From Lama guanicoe (taxonomy: Eukaryota), in contig MU056000.1 of NCBI GenBank assembly GCA_013239625.1, positions 8,924,970 through 8,988,969 of the forward strand: a DNA stretch of 64,000 bases, written 5' to 3'. The notes below the pieces were generated by a model, which had not been told where the DNA came from, did no database searches, and saw only the letters and a program-made list of their open reading frames with translations. Shown here piece after piece: positions 36,045 to 49,780 of this stretch. Position numbers and translations under genes: made by a program. How positions within the stretch are numbered: position 1 is the stretch's first letter; each line of letters begins with the position of its first letter.

Positions 36045-36330
36045 TGACAACCTTCCAGTTATAGAATAAATAAGTCATGGGGATGTAATGTGCACCATGC
36101 TGACTGCAGCTACAATTACTTTATGGCACATATTAAAGTTGCTTAAAGAGTAAATCTGAAAGGTCCTCATCACAAGGAAAAAAAAGTTTGGTAACAATGT
36201 ATGATGACAGATGTTAACTAGACTTACTGTAGTGATCGCTTTGCAATGTATACAAATAATAAATCATCTTGTACACCTGAAACCACTATAATTTATATAT
36301 CAATTATGCTCAATAGGAAAAGAAAAATAC
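36045..36330 (+). mobile_element. L1MA (L1MA9-like) 3' end inserted into an antisense MIR
   Basis: ttccagttatagaataaataagtcatggggatgtaatg...ctcatcacaag...gtacacctgaaac followed by an A-rich tail. Candidate TSD aaaaaaatctt (36033) and aaaaaagtctt (36336). MIR-like sequence resumes at ~36360-36490. Confidence 0.88.
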
Positions 36331-36544
36331 CACACAAAAAAGTCTTAGAAGAAAGACATCATTGTGATATCAACTGATAATTGAAGAAACTAAGACATGG
36401 GAAGTTTATATGATGGTCCTGGGTTATCTAGTTAGAAGGTGGTAGACAAAATCGAAGTCGCCTGGTCAGACTTGGAAGGTCATTATTTACTTTACTGCCT
36501 GTCATGCACGCCTGTGTCCTGCGTGTTGCTAGTTACTTGGCTCC

Positions 36545-36780
36545 TAGTGAGCCTCCCTTGATCTCCAAAACTGGGTTAGGTTTCATAGAATTCTGGACAT
36601 CCGAAATCACAGCATTCATTTAAGTTTTTTTAATATCACGGCTGTTCTTTGTGGATCTACTTCTCTGCCAAATACTGTCTGCTCTGTGAGGGAGGAGACT
36701 GCCCAGGTCTGTTATCATTGCATCTCCAGGGCTGGTTGCAGTGTCTGATGCACTGTGGGTGACGAGGAATTTCTGCTGAA
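36545..36780 (+). mobile_element. L2 3' fragment
   Basis: gctctgtgagggaggagactg...cattgcatctccagggc...cagtgtctgatgcac. Confidence 0.6.
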
Positions 36781-37775
36781 AGAGGGAATCACCCCAAGTG
36801 ACCCCTGTTCCTTTTCATGGCGATTTGCCAAATTTCCACCATTCTTTGCTATAACCATAACGCCTAGGTGATTGAAAAAATGAGCTGCTCCCACTATAGT
36901 AATTTCATGCAGACTTGGTGGCTGTGGGTGGATAGAATGCTGAAACAGTCGCCTGTCATAAAATGGTTACAAATCTCTTTATAAGGAATTCAGATGGGAT
37001 TACCTCTTACCTCCCGCTGGAGGTTAATTCATGGCCCCGATCTGCCCTTATCTTCAGCTCCTGCCTTTGGCTTTTGTTATTTTCAGGCCAGAATTCTGTA
37101 TTTGAAACTAGGTATCTTTCCATTGCAAAATCTTTCTTTCACCTTTTACCTATTACAGATTATTTACCCCTTAAGCAAACTTTCAAAATACTCTTATTAC
37201 CACATCTGCAAAGGGAAATGACTATCATTCCTGGGTATTAAACCTTTCAGGATAAAACTGCTATCTGTGAAGATTTTGTCATCTATATATCATATATATT
37301 ATATATATAATCACACATACAAACATGTTTGCTTAAAAATCATGATTTAACCTTTTCCAAATTATAATTTAATGTTAGAATTGTTTAAGAGAATATTAGC
37401 TTAAAAAAAAACAGAAGTGACATGTAAGAAGCTAGAAGGAAATATGATAATTCTCATTTTACAGGTGCGGGGACCAAGTTCGAGAGAGGAGTCATAAGGA
37501 AATGCTCCTTACTGCAGTCGGTGTCCTGGACTCAGGGCAGAACCTTCTTGGCAGGTCACCCTGCAGCCCACCTGGGCACCCTCTGGGCCTAACGCACCCA
37601 GTTCTCAACCTTCCCCTGTGTGCTCAGTGTTGCCAGCAAGGCACCGATTCTGGAAGGCAACGGTAGGGAGCTGGAGGGGTAAGCAAAAGAAAGGGGACTA
37701 TTTCTCTGTCTTCTCTAGTTTGGGCTCTTTCATGTCTGTGACGTCAGTTCAGATGTGCCCTGGGGACTGCAGCCC

Positions 37776-37850
37776 CACCCTAACCGCCTCCACGCATCCC
37801 TCCATCCTCCTCCACCCGTCCCTCCATCCATCCTCCACCCGTCCCTCCAG
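37776..37850. repeat. C-rich short tandem repeat (cctccacccgtccctcca units)
   Basis: Two near-identical units plus one degenerate unit are directly visible. Confidence 0.8.
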
Positions 37851-38374
37851 CCTGGGTGTGAAAGATGCCCTCCTGCTGTTTGTTTTTTGGTGTCTGGGTT
37901 GCTGCTTTGTCTTCTTTGCTTTCCAACTCCTTCATCGGCTTTGTCAAGCTGGGGGAACTACCGATGTTGTAAATGATCATCAAGTGAGATTACTCTCTGG
38001 TTGGACCCTGACAGATATCCACTTAATGTACGATTGGATTTGCATTTTGTTGGATGAAGTCTGAAGTTTTTCAAGGTCATTCCAACCAACTCATCAATTG
38101 TCAAGTTTTGATGGGCTCTAACTATCAAAAGGGAAGCCAGTCAGCATTTATGATCCAATTAGAGTTTGAGGATGTTAGAGCAAACTTACGATGTGTCAAA
38201 AATTAGGGAGTCCTAGATGCAGACTCTGCACCTAGGAGTGGTGACAGCCCCAGACACTGCCACTAACAGGCCTGGCTACACGGGTTGACAGTGGAATCAG
38301 AACAAAGGGACAAAAATGGCAACAGGTGAGCGAGAAATTGGGCAGCCTTGTCGGCAAACGGAAGTGATGCCAGA

Positions 38375-38545
38375 TGTTGACTCTGCACTTAAATCCTTGC
38401 AAGTGTGGGCATGCTGTTTAAATGTGTGGGTAAGCAGTTTATTCATTTGCTATGTGGTGATGTCACTGCCTACCTTCAGGGTGTTTTTTGGGATTAATAT
38501 TATTTGTAAAGCACTCGGCATGGTTTCTGACACATGATAAATGCC
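38375..38545 (+). mobile_element. MIR
   Basis: gcagtttattcatttgc...cctaccttcagggtgtt...tgtaaagcactcggcatggtttctgacacatgataaatg. Confidence 0.7.
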
Positions 38546-39111
38546 TGGATTTTGTGTTTAGGTTTGGTCACACTTATTACCAACAAGTGCCTCTGTTATG
38601 ATATATAATGCAAAGTGCATTTTAAGGAAGAATCAGTAGTTTTGATAACTGAATAGGTATGAGAAAAATGAGAGGCAAGAATCAAAAAGTTCTTGAAGAT
38701 TTTAAACCAAGTTCACTGCACTAATCATGGAGCAGATGTTAGAAATAAGGAAACCCCCAAACAAAGAGAGGAAGTATATTTTCCCATGGTAAAATAGAAT
38801 GTAGTTTAAAAAGCACCTTTTCAACTTTGAAGTTTCTAGGCGACCGTTATTGAAATGCAAAGGAGAAAAAAAGGTATTTATTTCTTGTGTTTGTTGGTTG
38901 ATCTAATTATTACTTCTAAGGGTCCTTTGGTCAGCTAGTAGCTTCTGGATAATCAGTGTGTCTGAAAAGATTATACTGCATTTTAAGAGACACTGAAAGA
39001 TTAAAAGCTACTAGGAGGTGATAATCAGTGTGATTAAGGGTGGGAAATCCTGTCGTATAAGCAAAAGATGAAGGGACCAGGGACATTAATTCTAAGAATA
39101 TTAATCTAGAC

Positions 39112-39326
39112 CAGAGTTGTTCAAGCTCAGCGCTATTAGCATTTCGGGTTGGAGGATTCCCTGTTTGGAAGGGGGCAGGAATGGCTGTCCTGTGCACTGT
39201 ATGACATTTAAGAGTGTCCCTGCTCTCTACCTATGAGGTGGCACTATCAACACTCTCTCCTGCTACCAGCTGTGACAAACAAAGTGACATAGACTTTGCT
39301 AAACTGCCCCTGGTTCAGAATCAGTG
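39112..39326 (-). mobile_element. MER20-like hAT-Charlie element
   Basis: cagcgctattagcattt...ggctgtcctgtgcactgta...cagctgtgacaaacaaa...ccctggttcagaatcagtg. Confidence 0.82.
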
Positions 39327-42296
39327 GTGTAAGCCAAAATTTTAAGTATCTTTTTTGATGGAAACATTTTTTGTTCCTTGCCAAGATTTCCTGTGTTCTA
39401 GAAGCTGCCCTTTTGTTCTTCTGAAAATTGCTCCTTGTTCTCCCTGCCCCATCTCCATCTCCTGCTCCAACTGGGGATCCTTAACAGACTTGAAATATTC
39501 AACATACCATGTTTTCTTCACATACATTGGTCCAGGAATGAATACCAGTCACAAGTCTAACTGATAATAATCCTTTATCCTTCTGGGTCCAGTTGCCTTT
39601 CCCGAGGTTTACCACTTAATCCCAGTTGTACCGATAAGAAATCCACAGTCAACTGTTTTAAACTAGACATAAAAAATGGAAAAAAAATTAAAATTTTCTT
39701 GAAGCATTAAGAGCATTATTATGTCCCTTGCCATAAACTCATTCTTATTAAGCTCTTATTTTCTCTATCTCATGCTAATTAAAATAGACTATGATTATGC
39801 CATAGAATTCCCCTTATCAGAAATCAGTGGAGTTATATATTAAATAATTTAGGATACTATAATCTTACTCTATGAATAAGGTATTTAATTCTGAATCATC
39901 ACTGTATGTAGGGAAATTTTACTGGTTCTATACCTGGAAAGGTAATTTCATGTGATTTATGAAAATGGGCGCATCTGGATGTGCCAACCTAACGGCAGCC
40001 AGAAGTGTCACCAACATCCTAAACATGGACACCAGATGATATTGCCAAGACGATTAACGACAAACATAGGTTCTGCGTGTATCTGGTGGTCCTAAAGGAA
40101 AGCCTCACCCAGATAGTTTGATTGATCTATTTTGTGGATTAGGGCTCTATGTTTGATTCTCATCCTCAGATAGAACATAAAATGTCTGTGCTAAAGACGT
40201 GATGCCTGTGCTGGACAAGGTCTTACATATTCAAGGCTAGTTAATGTTAGAGTTCACAGTGAGTTGATTATTATAACATGTATTTATATAATTAATTTAA
40301 GAAACATTTTACAGCAAAGAGTTATCTGGGTTCTTAGAGTAATTTAATTGCTGCAGTAGTTCCTTTGGTCTTTGTTAAAAGCTGGCATTGACCATACTAA
40401 TTGGCCCTGTCACACACATAGGTCAACCCACAGTGATTAGGTACTTTGCATTTCTGAAACTTCTTAAGACAGGAAAATGTTGAATTAAAGAAGACATTAA
40501 ATCAACTTTTAACTCAATTATGCTAAAATAGTTTAAAAGATTTTTAAAAATTTCTTGTTACCTGATGCTTTTTTAATTTAATATTTCCACTTATATTTTC
40601 TTTCATACTTTCCTCCTTATACTAATTCTAGGGAAATTCAAGGATATGTTATTCCTACAAGTTTTTAGATATTTAATTCAATAGCTTGATGCAAGACACA
40701 ACGAGTTATTTTTATGACACATATTTGATATATCTGAATAATCTTTTATTACCACATAGGTAATATAGCCACTAAAAGACTACAACTCAAAAATTACCAT
40801 GTTAACATTCACAAAGCAATAAGCTTTGGTTGTTTTATAACATTTTTACAAAAACAACACACTCTATTTTCCTCTATACACGGATGGAAAAGAAATTATT
40901 TTAGAGAATGTGTCCAAGGATACAACAGAACCACTAATATTTTGATTCGATGGTGACCTTTAAATCCCCAGGTTTAACAGTATTATGACTATAAAATGAA
41001 CAGAAGAAACCTTTATTTGAAAACAAGCCTCATTAAGATCATCAACCACATTTGATAAACAAGCTGTATTTGCTGCAAATTAGTTTTTCAGATCTGGAAG
41101 AAAGTGTTTCTATTTCATGTTTAATTATTTGCTCAACCTCCAAAATGCAACAAAATGAGTAAAGGAAATTTTCTTGGGGGAAAGATTTACAAAAGTTCAA
41201 AAAATATTATTATTTATTCTTCAACATATGTAGCCCTATTTGACACTAAGCATGCAGCAGGTACTCAATAATTGTTGAATAAATTATGTGGAATTGATGA
41301 TGATTTCCCTTTATATCTTTCTTCACATACTTGTTGAAGCTTTTCTAAATGGTCTAAAAATCGTAGCAAGCAATTTATAAATCTATAATCAAATCTGATC
41401 AGCTTCAGAATGAAAAGAAACTTTTGATGTGAGATTTCCAGATTTTTTTCATTTTTCTGGGAGGATCCTGAAACAAAATATATTGATCATCCAGTTTCAA
41501 TTAAAATCAAAAGTGCTTTGCTCTTTTTAGAATTAGGAAATGAATCAATCTTTCTCCAGGTAATAAGGACATATTTTTCTATCAATATTCTCTATGAAGT
41601 AAAACAGTAGAGAAATAGCAATTAAAATATTCCAAACAAATCTCTGATACATAATGTGAAGTATCCATTTCCCATTGCCTATGATCATGTATCACGAGGT
41701 AGCCCTTTTTTATTTACCCTACTATACTAAGGCTAACTCCTAAAATAGTAAAACATTAAAGCAAAATAATGGGTCATCAGGAAGTGGTTCTCTAACTGTA
41801 CTTCATAAAATACTGGAAGTTTTTGTATTTGTAAAAATATTTCCTTTATAAAATTGCAATAGTAAAGTTCTGGAGACTGTAACACTTCTAAGCAACAGGG
41901 TCAAAATGTTAATAATTCGTGAGTAGAATAATGAAGAATGGGATGTTTGAATTAGCTTTATATACTCCTGATTTCAGGATGTAAGTATAATCCCTTTGGT
42001 GTGCAAAAGAGTTGAGTTCAAAAGGGCTATGAGTTCTGAAACAAGAAAGGACCACAGTAGACAATGCAATTGTTTATTCATTTAATAAATAAAATTCGAG
42101 TGTCCACCATGTGTAAATAAATATACTTATTGTTGTGGATATGATAATGGTATAGAATAGACTGGATCCTCGTATTATAAACTCTGTCACCAGTTAGATT
42201 AGTTGTAGGTAATAAAGTAGTCCAGAAGTTGAATAATTCCACCATAAACTATGAGTGTCTCCAACATTAACATCTGGTAAATAACCGTATTTTATA

Positions 42297-42435
42297 ATGG
42301 CTCTGACAAATAAAGTGGCCACTAATCCTCATGTGACTTTAAATTAAAGTGGTCCATATTCACCTGTGCCTACTGCCATGGACAGTTCAAGTATAGTGCA
42401 TTTTCATCAATGCAGACAGTTCTATTGGACAAATG
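42297..42435 (-). mobile_element. MER3-like hAT-Charlie MITE
   Basis: gtggccactaatcctcatgtg...catcaatgcagacagttctattggaca is the reverse MER3 terminus. Confidence 0.7.
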
Positions 42436-43184
42436 TAGAACTAGAACTGAGAATTCCATAAGGTATTAGCAGGGGTAGCAATAATATCTACTTTTGGCCC
42501 AACCGGAGTACATCGGCTTAATACCCAACTAACATGGAAAAGGATGCAGCTAATTCCTAAGACAAGGATTTAAATCTGATGGAAACACACAGGAAGTGAT
42601 TCAGGTATAGAGACATTAAACACACAAGAAGCACATACACACACACACAAACACATCCATGCACAACACATCTAGGTCTACTTAAGTTTGAGAAAAAAAG
42701 CAAAGAAAAATAAAATCTTGGTTTTCAGTAGCACAGTTTCATTTGTGATTATCTTTTGCCTATTGCTGTACATATATTAACAGACAAAGCTGAGACAGGA
42801 GAGTAGAAAGTAACTGGAAAGTTCTCTATAAGTTAGAATTCCTTTGGGAACAAAATAATTAGCAGTTGGAAAAAAAGAAGGAACAGGGGTATGACCAATT
42901 TCCTGCATACAGCAGCGAAAAAAGAAACAACCCAACGAGATCTGTTCTTGAACAAGGCAAGTCTGTCCATTACAGAGATGAACTTAGGGAAAGGGGAATA
43001 ATTTGGGAGACTGAGATGATAACAAATATGGCACCCCCATAATATGACATCCTCCAGGTCGTCCAATCAGCTCAACTGCAAAAATATATTTAATTCCACC
43101 TACTTCTTTCTATACCACTGGGAGAGAAACTGTTTTCTGTGGAGGTGAAAAAGTTCAGCCAATTGTTCTAGTTTGAATTGTTCA

Positions 43185-43345
43185 GGGTGAGATGCCAACC
43201 AGATATGTAGGTGGAGATGTCAGATAGGGATTCTGACACATGTGCCTGGACTTCAGAAGAGACGTCAGGGCTGGAGATTGACAGCCTGGGTCTTAAAGGA
43301 ATATATGCTACTAAAGTCCTGGTACTAGTTGAGGGCACAGAGGTA
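43185..43345 (-). mobile_element. L2 fragment
   Basis: gtggagatgtcagataggga...ctggacttcagaagagacgtcagggctggagat. Confidence 0.7.
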
Positions 43346-43419
43346 TGATAACCAAAACTGCAGAGAGATATGTAATATTATAATGCATACATGATATATA
43401 AAGTACACAATATACTATA

Positions 43420-43612
43420 CCAATACCACACTGTTTTAATTAAAATAACATTGTAGAGTAGTTTGAAATCAAAAAGTGTGATGCCTTTAGCTTTGTTCTT
43501 TCTCAAGTTTGCTTTGGCTATTTGGGATCTTTTGTGGTTCCATAAAAATTTTAGGTTTGTTCTTTCTATTTCTGTGAAAAATGCCTAGAAACTTTGATAG
43601 AGATTGCATTTT
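43420..43612 (-). mobile_element. L1 ORF2 segment (antisense), probable inverted arm
   Basis: caataccacactgtttt (antisense of KTVWY)...gctttggctatttgggatcttttgtggttccata...ttgatagagattgcatt. Confidence 0.88.
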
Positions 43613-43626
43613 GAGAGAATTTTGAT

Positions 43627-44045
43627 AGAAAGTGAAAATTTTCCATTTGCAACAACACGGATAGACCTGGAGGATATTATGCTTAGTGAAATTAGTCAGA
43701 GAGAGAAAAAGCCAAATACTGTATGTTTCACTTATTTTTGGAATCTATAAAATAAACAAATTTAATGTAACAAATCAGAAACAGAATTACAGATATAGAG
43801 AACAAACTAGTCATTACTAGTTGGGAGAGAGATAGGGGTAGGGAGTTAAAAGATACAAACTATTATGTATAAAATAAACAAGGTAACCTGATGTATTGTA
43901 CAGTACAAGGAATATAGCCAGTATTTTATAATAACTTTAATTGGAGTATAATTTATAGTAATATTGAATAAGCATGTTCTATGGTTGAAACTAATATACT
44001 GTTATAAATCAACTATACTTCAATACAAAAATCAAAGAAAAAAAT
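43627..44045 (+). mobile_element. L1 3' end (ORF2 C-terminus, 3'UTR and A-rich tail)
   Basis: ccatttgcaacaacacggatagacctggaggatattatgcttagtgaaattagtcag (PFATT.IDLEDIMLSEISQ)...aatcaactatacttcaat followed by an A-rich tail. Confidence 0.92.
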
Positions 44046-44049
44046 ATAA

Positions 44050-44990
44050 TTGAAATACAGAAAAGAATCAAACAACAGCATTAGAAATATAATGCAGTCT
44101 TATAAATCAAGAATAAAAGGATAGTTATCCAGTAGGAAAAAAAAAAAGGGCATATGGCATGAAAAGGTATTTTATAAAAGAGGAAATACATGTGGCAAAA
44201 ATATTAAGAAAGTTGCTCAAATTCGTTTACAGGGTAATCCCAGTAAAAACCACACCGGTTCAATTGATAAACATGAATAAATGTGACAATAAAATATATT
44301 GGAGAGACTCTGAGTCAGTAAGATGACTTGTACATTATGGATAGGAGCTTAAAACAATGCAATACATTTTGTGAAATGGTTTAGCAGTATATTGTGAAGA
44401 CCAAAGTTCATGCACACTATGATTCAATACATTTACACACATGCATAAACCCAAGAGAATTTATAGTACCTGGACCCCAGGAAAGAGCTAAAAAGATACC
44501 GAAAAAGTCACTGCACAAGATATTTAAAAGCATGGGTGGGAGATCAACGAAAATCTTCACGGATGGGATGAGTAAATTGTAGCACACTGCCACAAAATAA
44601 TCATGTGCCTTATAGAAATAATTAAAATATGCCTACACTTAGCAATATGGAAGAAAAGTCCTAATGCCGAGTGGGGAAAAAAATGCCAGTTATGGAAGCA
44701 TATACACTCTGTGATATTATTCTTGCAGACTTAAACAACAACTGTGAGCACTTGTGTGTGTGTGTGTGTGTGTGTGCGCATACACCCTTATATGACGTAC
44801 ATGCATAAATGACAAAATAACAAATGAGGAAATAATAACTCAAATTTCATCGAAGAGGCAGCAAAGAAAACTTAGGTAAGGAGACCTAGGTAGATACACG
44901 TCACAGTTGAAGTTTTAGAACAAAGTTGGGTAATGGATTCGAGGATGTTCATTATATTACGAGGAACACATTTCTACATGCATACATGAT
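44050..44990 (+). mobile_element. Ancient L1M (L1ME/L1MC-like) 3' region, with (TG)n at ~44753-44776
   Basis: gaggaaatacatgtggcaaaa...ctatgattcaatacatt...atgagtaaattgtagc...gggtaatggattcgaggatgttcat. Confidence 0.65.
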
Positions 44991-45212
44991 CTCTTCTGTA
45001 TTAATAGAATTCAAATTGTATCTTTTTCCAAATTAAGTAATAATCTGTATATTCTTAGTTGCCTCTTTTTATTTCTCTTCTCTTGCATTTCTTACAACAT
45101 CTAGAATCTGTGCTTATTAAACTGCAAAGTGAAGCTGAAATAAACTTGGTTCCTGACATGGTAAGAGAATCCTATAGGGAACAAAGAAATAGGATTTCTT
45201 TTGCTTCAAAAA

Positions 45213-45215
<3 letters not shown>

Positions 45216-45250
<35 letters not shown>
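45216..45250. repeat. (CA)n microsatellite
   Basis: Perfect run of about 17 units. Confidence 0.97.
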
Positions 45251-45252
<2 letters not shown>

Positions 45253-45669
45253 GAACGAAAAGAAAAATGAAAGAAAAAGGAAATCTTCTTTAATTACTCT
45301 TTGTTCCATAAGTCTAACTTGCTGCTTTACTAAAGTTTCCTCAGGGTATTTGGCGGTTTGTTGAGGAAATCCAGTTTCCCTCTCAGATTTTTGGGCTTTT
45401 TTTTTGTTTTGTTTTGTTTTGTTTTACTAAATGAGTAAGTTATGTTGATATTCGTTCTGGGGAAAATTAAGTGAAATCCTAATTAAATAATCCTTAGAAT
45501 GTGTTACTTAAGTTTCCATGTAACAAAGATTTTCTAATAGAAAACATAAATTAGAAAATTATCTATTTTCAAATATGCTGTAAATGATTTTAGACTTGGC
45601 AAATGTGTGTCAGTTGGGATTCTTCTCCTGACAGTTGAGGAACATTTTACCAAAGTAGGTAAACAATCA

Positions 45670-45900
45670 GATCTTAGATTCACTACTGCAGCCTAGGTTT
45701 GAAATCTAGGTTTGCCACTTAAAAGCCTTGTGATCGAAACCGAGTGAGATACCTATGTGTGCCTCAGTGTCCTCAGCTGTACGATGGAGGCAGTAATAGC
45801 GCCTACTGCCCTGCATTGTTGTAAGAATTAAATGAATCAATAAATGTGGAGCGCTTAAAATAACTTCTGGCAGTATAGTAAGTATTATAAATTATCTGCT
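45670..45900 (+). mobile_element. MIR
   Basis: cctaggtttgaaatctagg...gtgcctcagtgtcctcagctgtacgatggagg...ttgttgtaagaattaaatga. Confidence 0.88.
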
Positions 45901-45924
45901 ATTTTTTCTCCATAGCAAATCTTT

Positions 45925-46480
45925 TTCACCCATTCAAAATTTTGTATCAAGCAAGTAATAAGTGTATGTATTATGCTAGATACCAGATATATTGATGTGA
46001 AATTCATAGTGTCTTCACACATGGAGATTATTCTGGTAAGGAAAGCCCTTTGGGCAGCAAATATATTTAAAAATCAGGTACTTATTTCTTATGAGAGAAG
46101 ATGGGATGGCTGAATTAATTTAGTTTAGCAAGTGAGGCACAACTTCTTTGGGAAAATTCTGCTTTAGGCTGTATGTAGGAATGAAATGGAGTAAGCAAGT
46201 AGGACCAGCTATTTCCAACAGAGTAAACCGAATGGGCAAAGACCCTGATCGAGAAAGGAAATAACAGGAAAAATGAAGTTGGAGAAAAGAGCAAGGTCAA
46301 GAGAAAATGAAAGAAGCTCAGGAAATATTTTGGAATACAGAGCGGGTAAAGTAGAAAACCATGAATGAGTTTCCTGGGGGGAAACAAGAACATGACCTGA
46401 TTTATATTTTAAAGAAAACCTGGTAACATTTGGAGAAGGGTTTGGGAGGCAGGATAGCAAGCTTGGAAGCGAGGAAACTA
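45925..46480 (-). mobile_element. L2 fragment
   Basis: gtattatgctagataccagatat...catggagattattctgg...catgacctgatttatattttaaaga. Confidence 0.6.
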
Positions 46481-47167
46481 ATTAAAATGTCTTTTAATGA
46501 CACCATGTTGGTCTGGTTTCTTGAAAATTTACAGAAAATTTGATAATTTCCACAATATATAATTTGAACATAAATCATCATACTTTAAAAAAGACGATAC
46601 ATTAGTACACTGAACATACAACATTTTTTATTCATTTTTACATGATTACATTGTGGGACTTCTCTATTATCTTTAAGGAAATAAATAATCAAAAACCAAT
46701 TTGACTCCAAAATACATTTTTCAAATAGTTTAGTTGCATATTGACTATGTATGAGGTTTTATGAATCTGTGTCCTTAAGGAATTATAGTTGACAAAGTAC
46801 ATCCTAAAAGCAGTTCCGTGACACTCAGAAAATATTATGTAAATTAATAAATATTTGCTATGAGTTGGCTACACAGACTTGTTGAAGGTGGACATTGAGT
46901 GTTCAAGTCCGTAACATACACTCAAATGTTACCTATGAGATACAACATACTTTGAACGAAATTAGGAATAAATGTTTACAGACACACGTTATTTTTCTTC
47001 ATAGGAAGTACCACTGTGTTTCTGGACATGAGTGGAAGAGCTGCTTTACAACTGTGCTGGTGTTTTGCTGGACAGCAGGATGAGGTCTGAAAACACTTTG
47101 GAATTGCAGGAAGACAGAAAAAATATTCTTGGAAACCAATCTCACTTAAAAATCATTCATATATTTG

Positions 47168-47222
47168 CTTCCCTCCCTCCCTCCCTCTCTCCCTCCCTCT
47201 TTCTTTATCTCTCTTTCCTTCT
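47168..47222. repeat. (CCCT)n/CT-rich repeat
   Basis: Directly visible. Confidence 0.9.
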
Positions 47223-48199
47223 ATGATTCTTCTGAAGTTTCTATATACACCAGTGGCTATGTTAGCTGTATCAACTGTGTTGTGCATCCATCTGCTCAGT
47301 CAAATAAAATGAGGTGTGAAAAATACCTAGACACACATCATCGTAAAGCCTCAGACAATAGCACTGGCTACTGGTTTATGGAACACAGAGTTCGATGACC
47401 TGAGAGGGGAATGGTGTGAAAAAAAGTTCCTAGACTTCACCTGCCCATTACTGTTGGTGGGCGGGGAGGCATTCCCAGATCCACGCGTTTCTTTCCATGT
47501 AGGGAAAATTGACATAAATATGGACCTCTCTTCTTGCTCCTTTATTCATTCTATCTTAAGTCTAATTTTTAAAATCTGTTGGAAAACTGAGAGAGAAAGG
47601 AAAACTGAGCAGGTACGGCTGTTTGCCTCCTTCCTTCTGGGAGGAAGCATCGCACTTGGAGGGGCAGGCGTCTCAGCCATCAGTCCACAGGCAGCCCCGT
47701 GACCGGAAGAAACCTGGCATTTCTAAAAAGGTGCATGGGATTCTGCCTATTTTTGAGGTTCAGATGGCATGTTCATTTGCTTCCTACACTATGTCATGTG
47801 CTTCGTATCAATTTACATTAGGAATAAAGATTATCCCTCATCTGCCACTTTTTATATTATTTTATAATTTCTTTAGAACATGGAAGGGAAGAGGGGTGTT
47901 GGTTATTGGTTCCATCAGCATCCTCTTCACCGTCAGTCAACTGTAAACCTGAAAAAAAAATGTACCTTCTTGTAATTAATAAAATTTACCAATAATTTTC
48001 CAGTAGTGTTTGGGAGAAGGGAAAAGGTGGGGAGCAAAGACTGAAGTAGTTGACTCAAATGTAAGTAATCATATGATACTAATTCTGGGAACAAATGGGT
48101 GAAAAACACTTTTTTATCATGGAAAAAGCTACTGATAAAGATGCTTTAAAAATTTACTCTATGAAAGAGTACATTTTCTGGTACAAAGTTTGGAGGCAT

Positions 48200-48990
48200 T
48201 AAAGATATTAAACAGAGCATGGGCAACATGAAATAAAATGACATTAAGGATATGCTGAAGGCATACTTCTTTGAATAAAGAAAAGAAAGCAAGGAGATGA
48301 CAGTAAAATGGAAGGATTTGGTACTATTTGCAAGGATAAATAAAATCCTGCAAAATGGTTTCTTTAAATAAAATAGCAACAAGAACCACCATGGGGACAT
48401 AGGTGAGAACATCACAGACAAGGAGAGAAAGAAAATAGAAAAAAAGGAGTTTCATGAAGATTATTCTTCTGGATAGAGGCATTGCCGATAGAAAATGCAC
48501 ATAATTGAGGTATTTGAAAATTTATGCATAGACCAAGGAAAATAATACAGAAAATATCCCGAATAGATACCAGAACATTTCCCTGAATGAAAGAAAAACT
48601 AAATAGGTAGTTCAGCATCATCATTGTATTTCAGTGACTCAAAGACTTTAACAAAGATAAAAAGTACTGAGACATTTTTTGGAAAACTCATTGATCCTCA
48701 AGTTTAAAGAAGAAAACCTGCAAACATGTAGGGAAAAGAAACAGGAGGTCACTTAAAAAGGAAAATAAGATGATTTTCGATTTCTCAGCAATTTTGGATG
48801 ACAGGTGACAGCAGAGAAATGTCTACAATGTATGAAAAAGAAATGAATATAACTCAACAATTCTGTGACCAGTTGGCATGCCATCCACTGTAGAACACAA
48901 AATGAAGACGAGTTTGACAAACCCAGGCTTCAGGAAGTAAAGCATTAACCTACCCCCTGTTAAAAAATATACTGGTGAAAAATGTCCTGT
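48200..48990 (+). mobile_element. HAL1/L1M ORF1-like remnant
   Basis: Decayed ORF1-type motifs: aacatttccctgaatgaaagaaaa (NFPE.K), gtcacttaaaaagga...gatttctcagca (VT.KG..DFSA) and aattctgtgaccag. Confidence 0.6.
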
Positions 48991-49204
48991 TCAGGAGAAT
49001 TACACATAAAGGACCGTGAAAAAGACAAATATAAGTTGGAATACGAAAGCTATATTTTTAAAAATAAGGATATTTAGTGTGAATGATAATTTAACTCTAA
49101 AACACTAATTTGAAATGTGTCTATTATCCAGTCTATTTGGACGAGAAAAATGACTAAATTGTTATGAAGATGTATTCATTCAAACATTCCTAATATTTAA
49201 AAAA

Positions 49205-49490
49205 ATGCATTTATTGAATGATTACAGTATGTCATGCACCTCTCTAGATGCTGAGAATACTTCAGGGAAGAAAAACAAGAATTCCTCCTTATGGAGCTTC
49301 CATTCTGGAGGGACAGACAGAAATTCAAAAACAGTTAAGTAAATACATAGTATGTTAAAGGATGATGCTGTGCAGGGAAAAAAAAAAAGGAAAAGAAAGG
49401 TCATAGAAATTGATGAGTGAAATTAAGGCTACTATTTCAAATGGGGCGATCAATGGAGACCTAAATAACGTATTATTTGAGCAGATCAGT
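49205..49490 (-). mobile_element. L2a 3' end
   Basis: catttattgaatgattac...tctagatgctgagaatac...tggagcttccattctggagggacagaca...atttgagcaga. Confidence 0.8.
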
Positions 49491-49724
49491 GTATGACATT
49501 CAGAACCCTCTGTGGTCAGGTTACCTAGATCCCATATTTCTTAAAATAGCTGAGATGGGGCGGAAAGGAATGGGGAGGGATCAGGAGCCTGGAGAGAGAG
49601 AGCAGCTCCAGGCCAGAAAGTAGGGCTTGGCATTTATTTTCAGTTTGGAATGGCTGCCTAGTGGGGCAAAACTTTGTGGATTCTGGACAAATTCAAGTAT
49701 CATAATGCAAAGAGTATCCACCTC

Positions 49725-49780
49725 ATACACACACACAGACACACACACACACAGACAGACAGACACACACACACACACAC
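49725..49780. repeat. Compound (CA)n/(CAGA)n microsatellite
   Basis: Directly visible. Confidence 0.95.

Noticed and set aside
37618..38064. 148-aa ORF, the longest in the track
   Set aside because: It has a non-ATG start, runs through a C-rich simple repeat and shows no recognisable domain.
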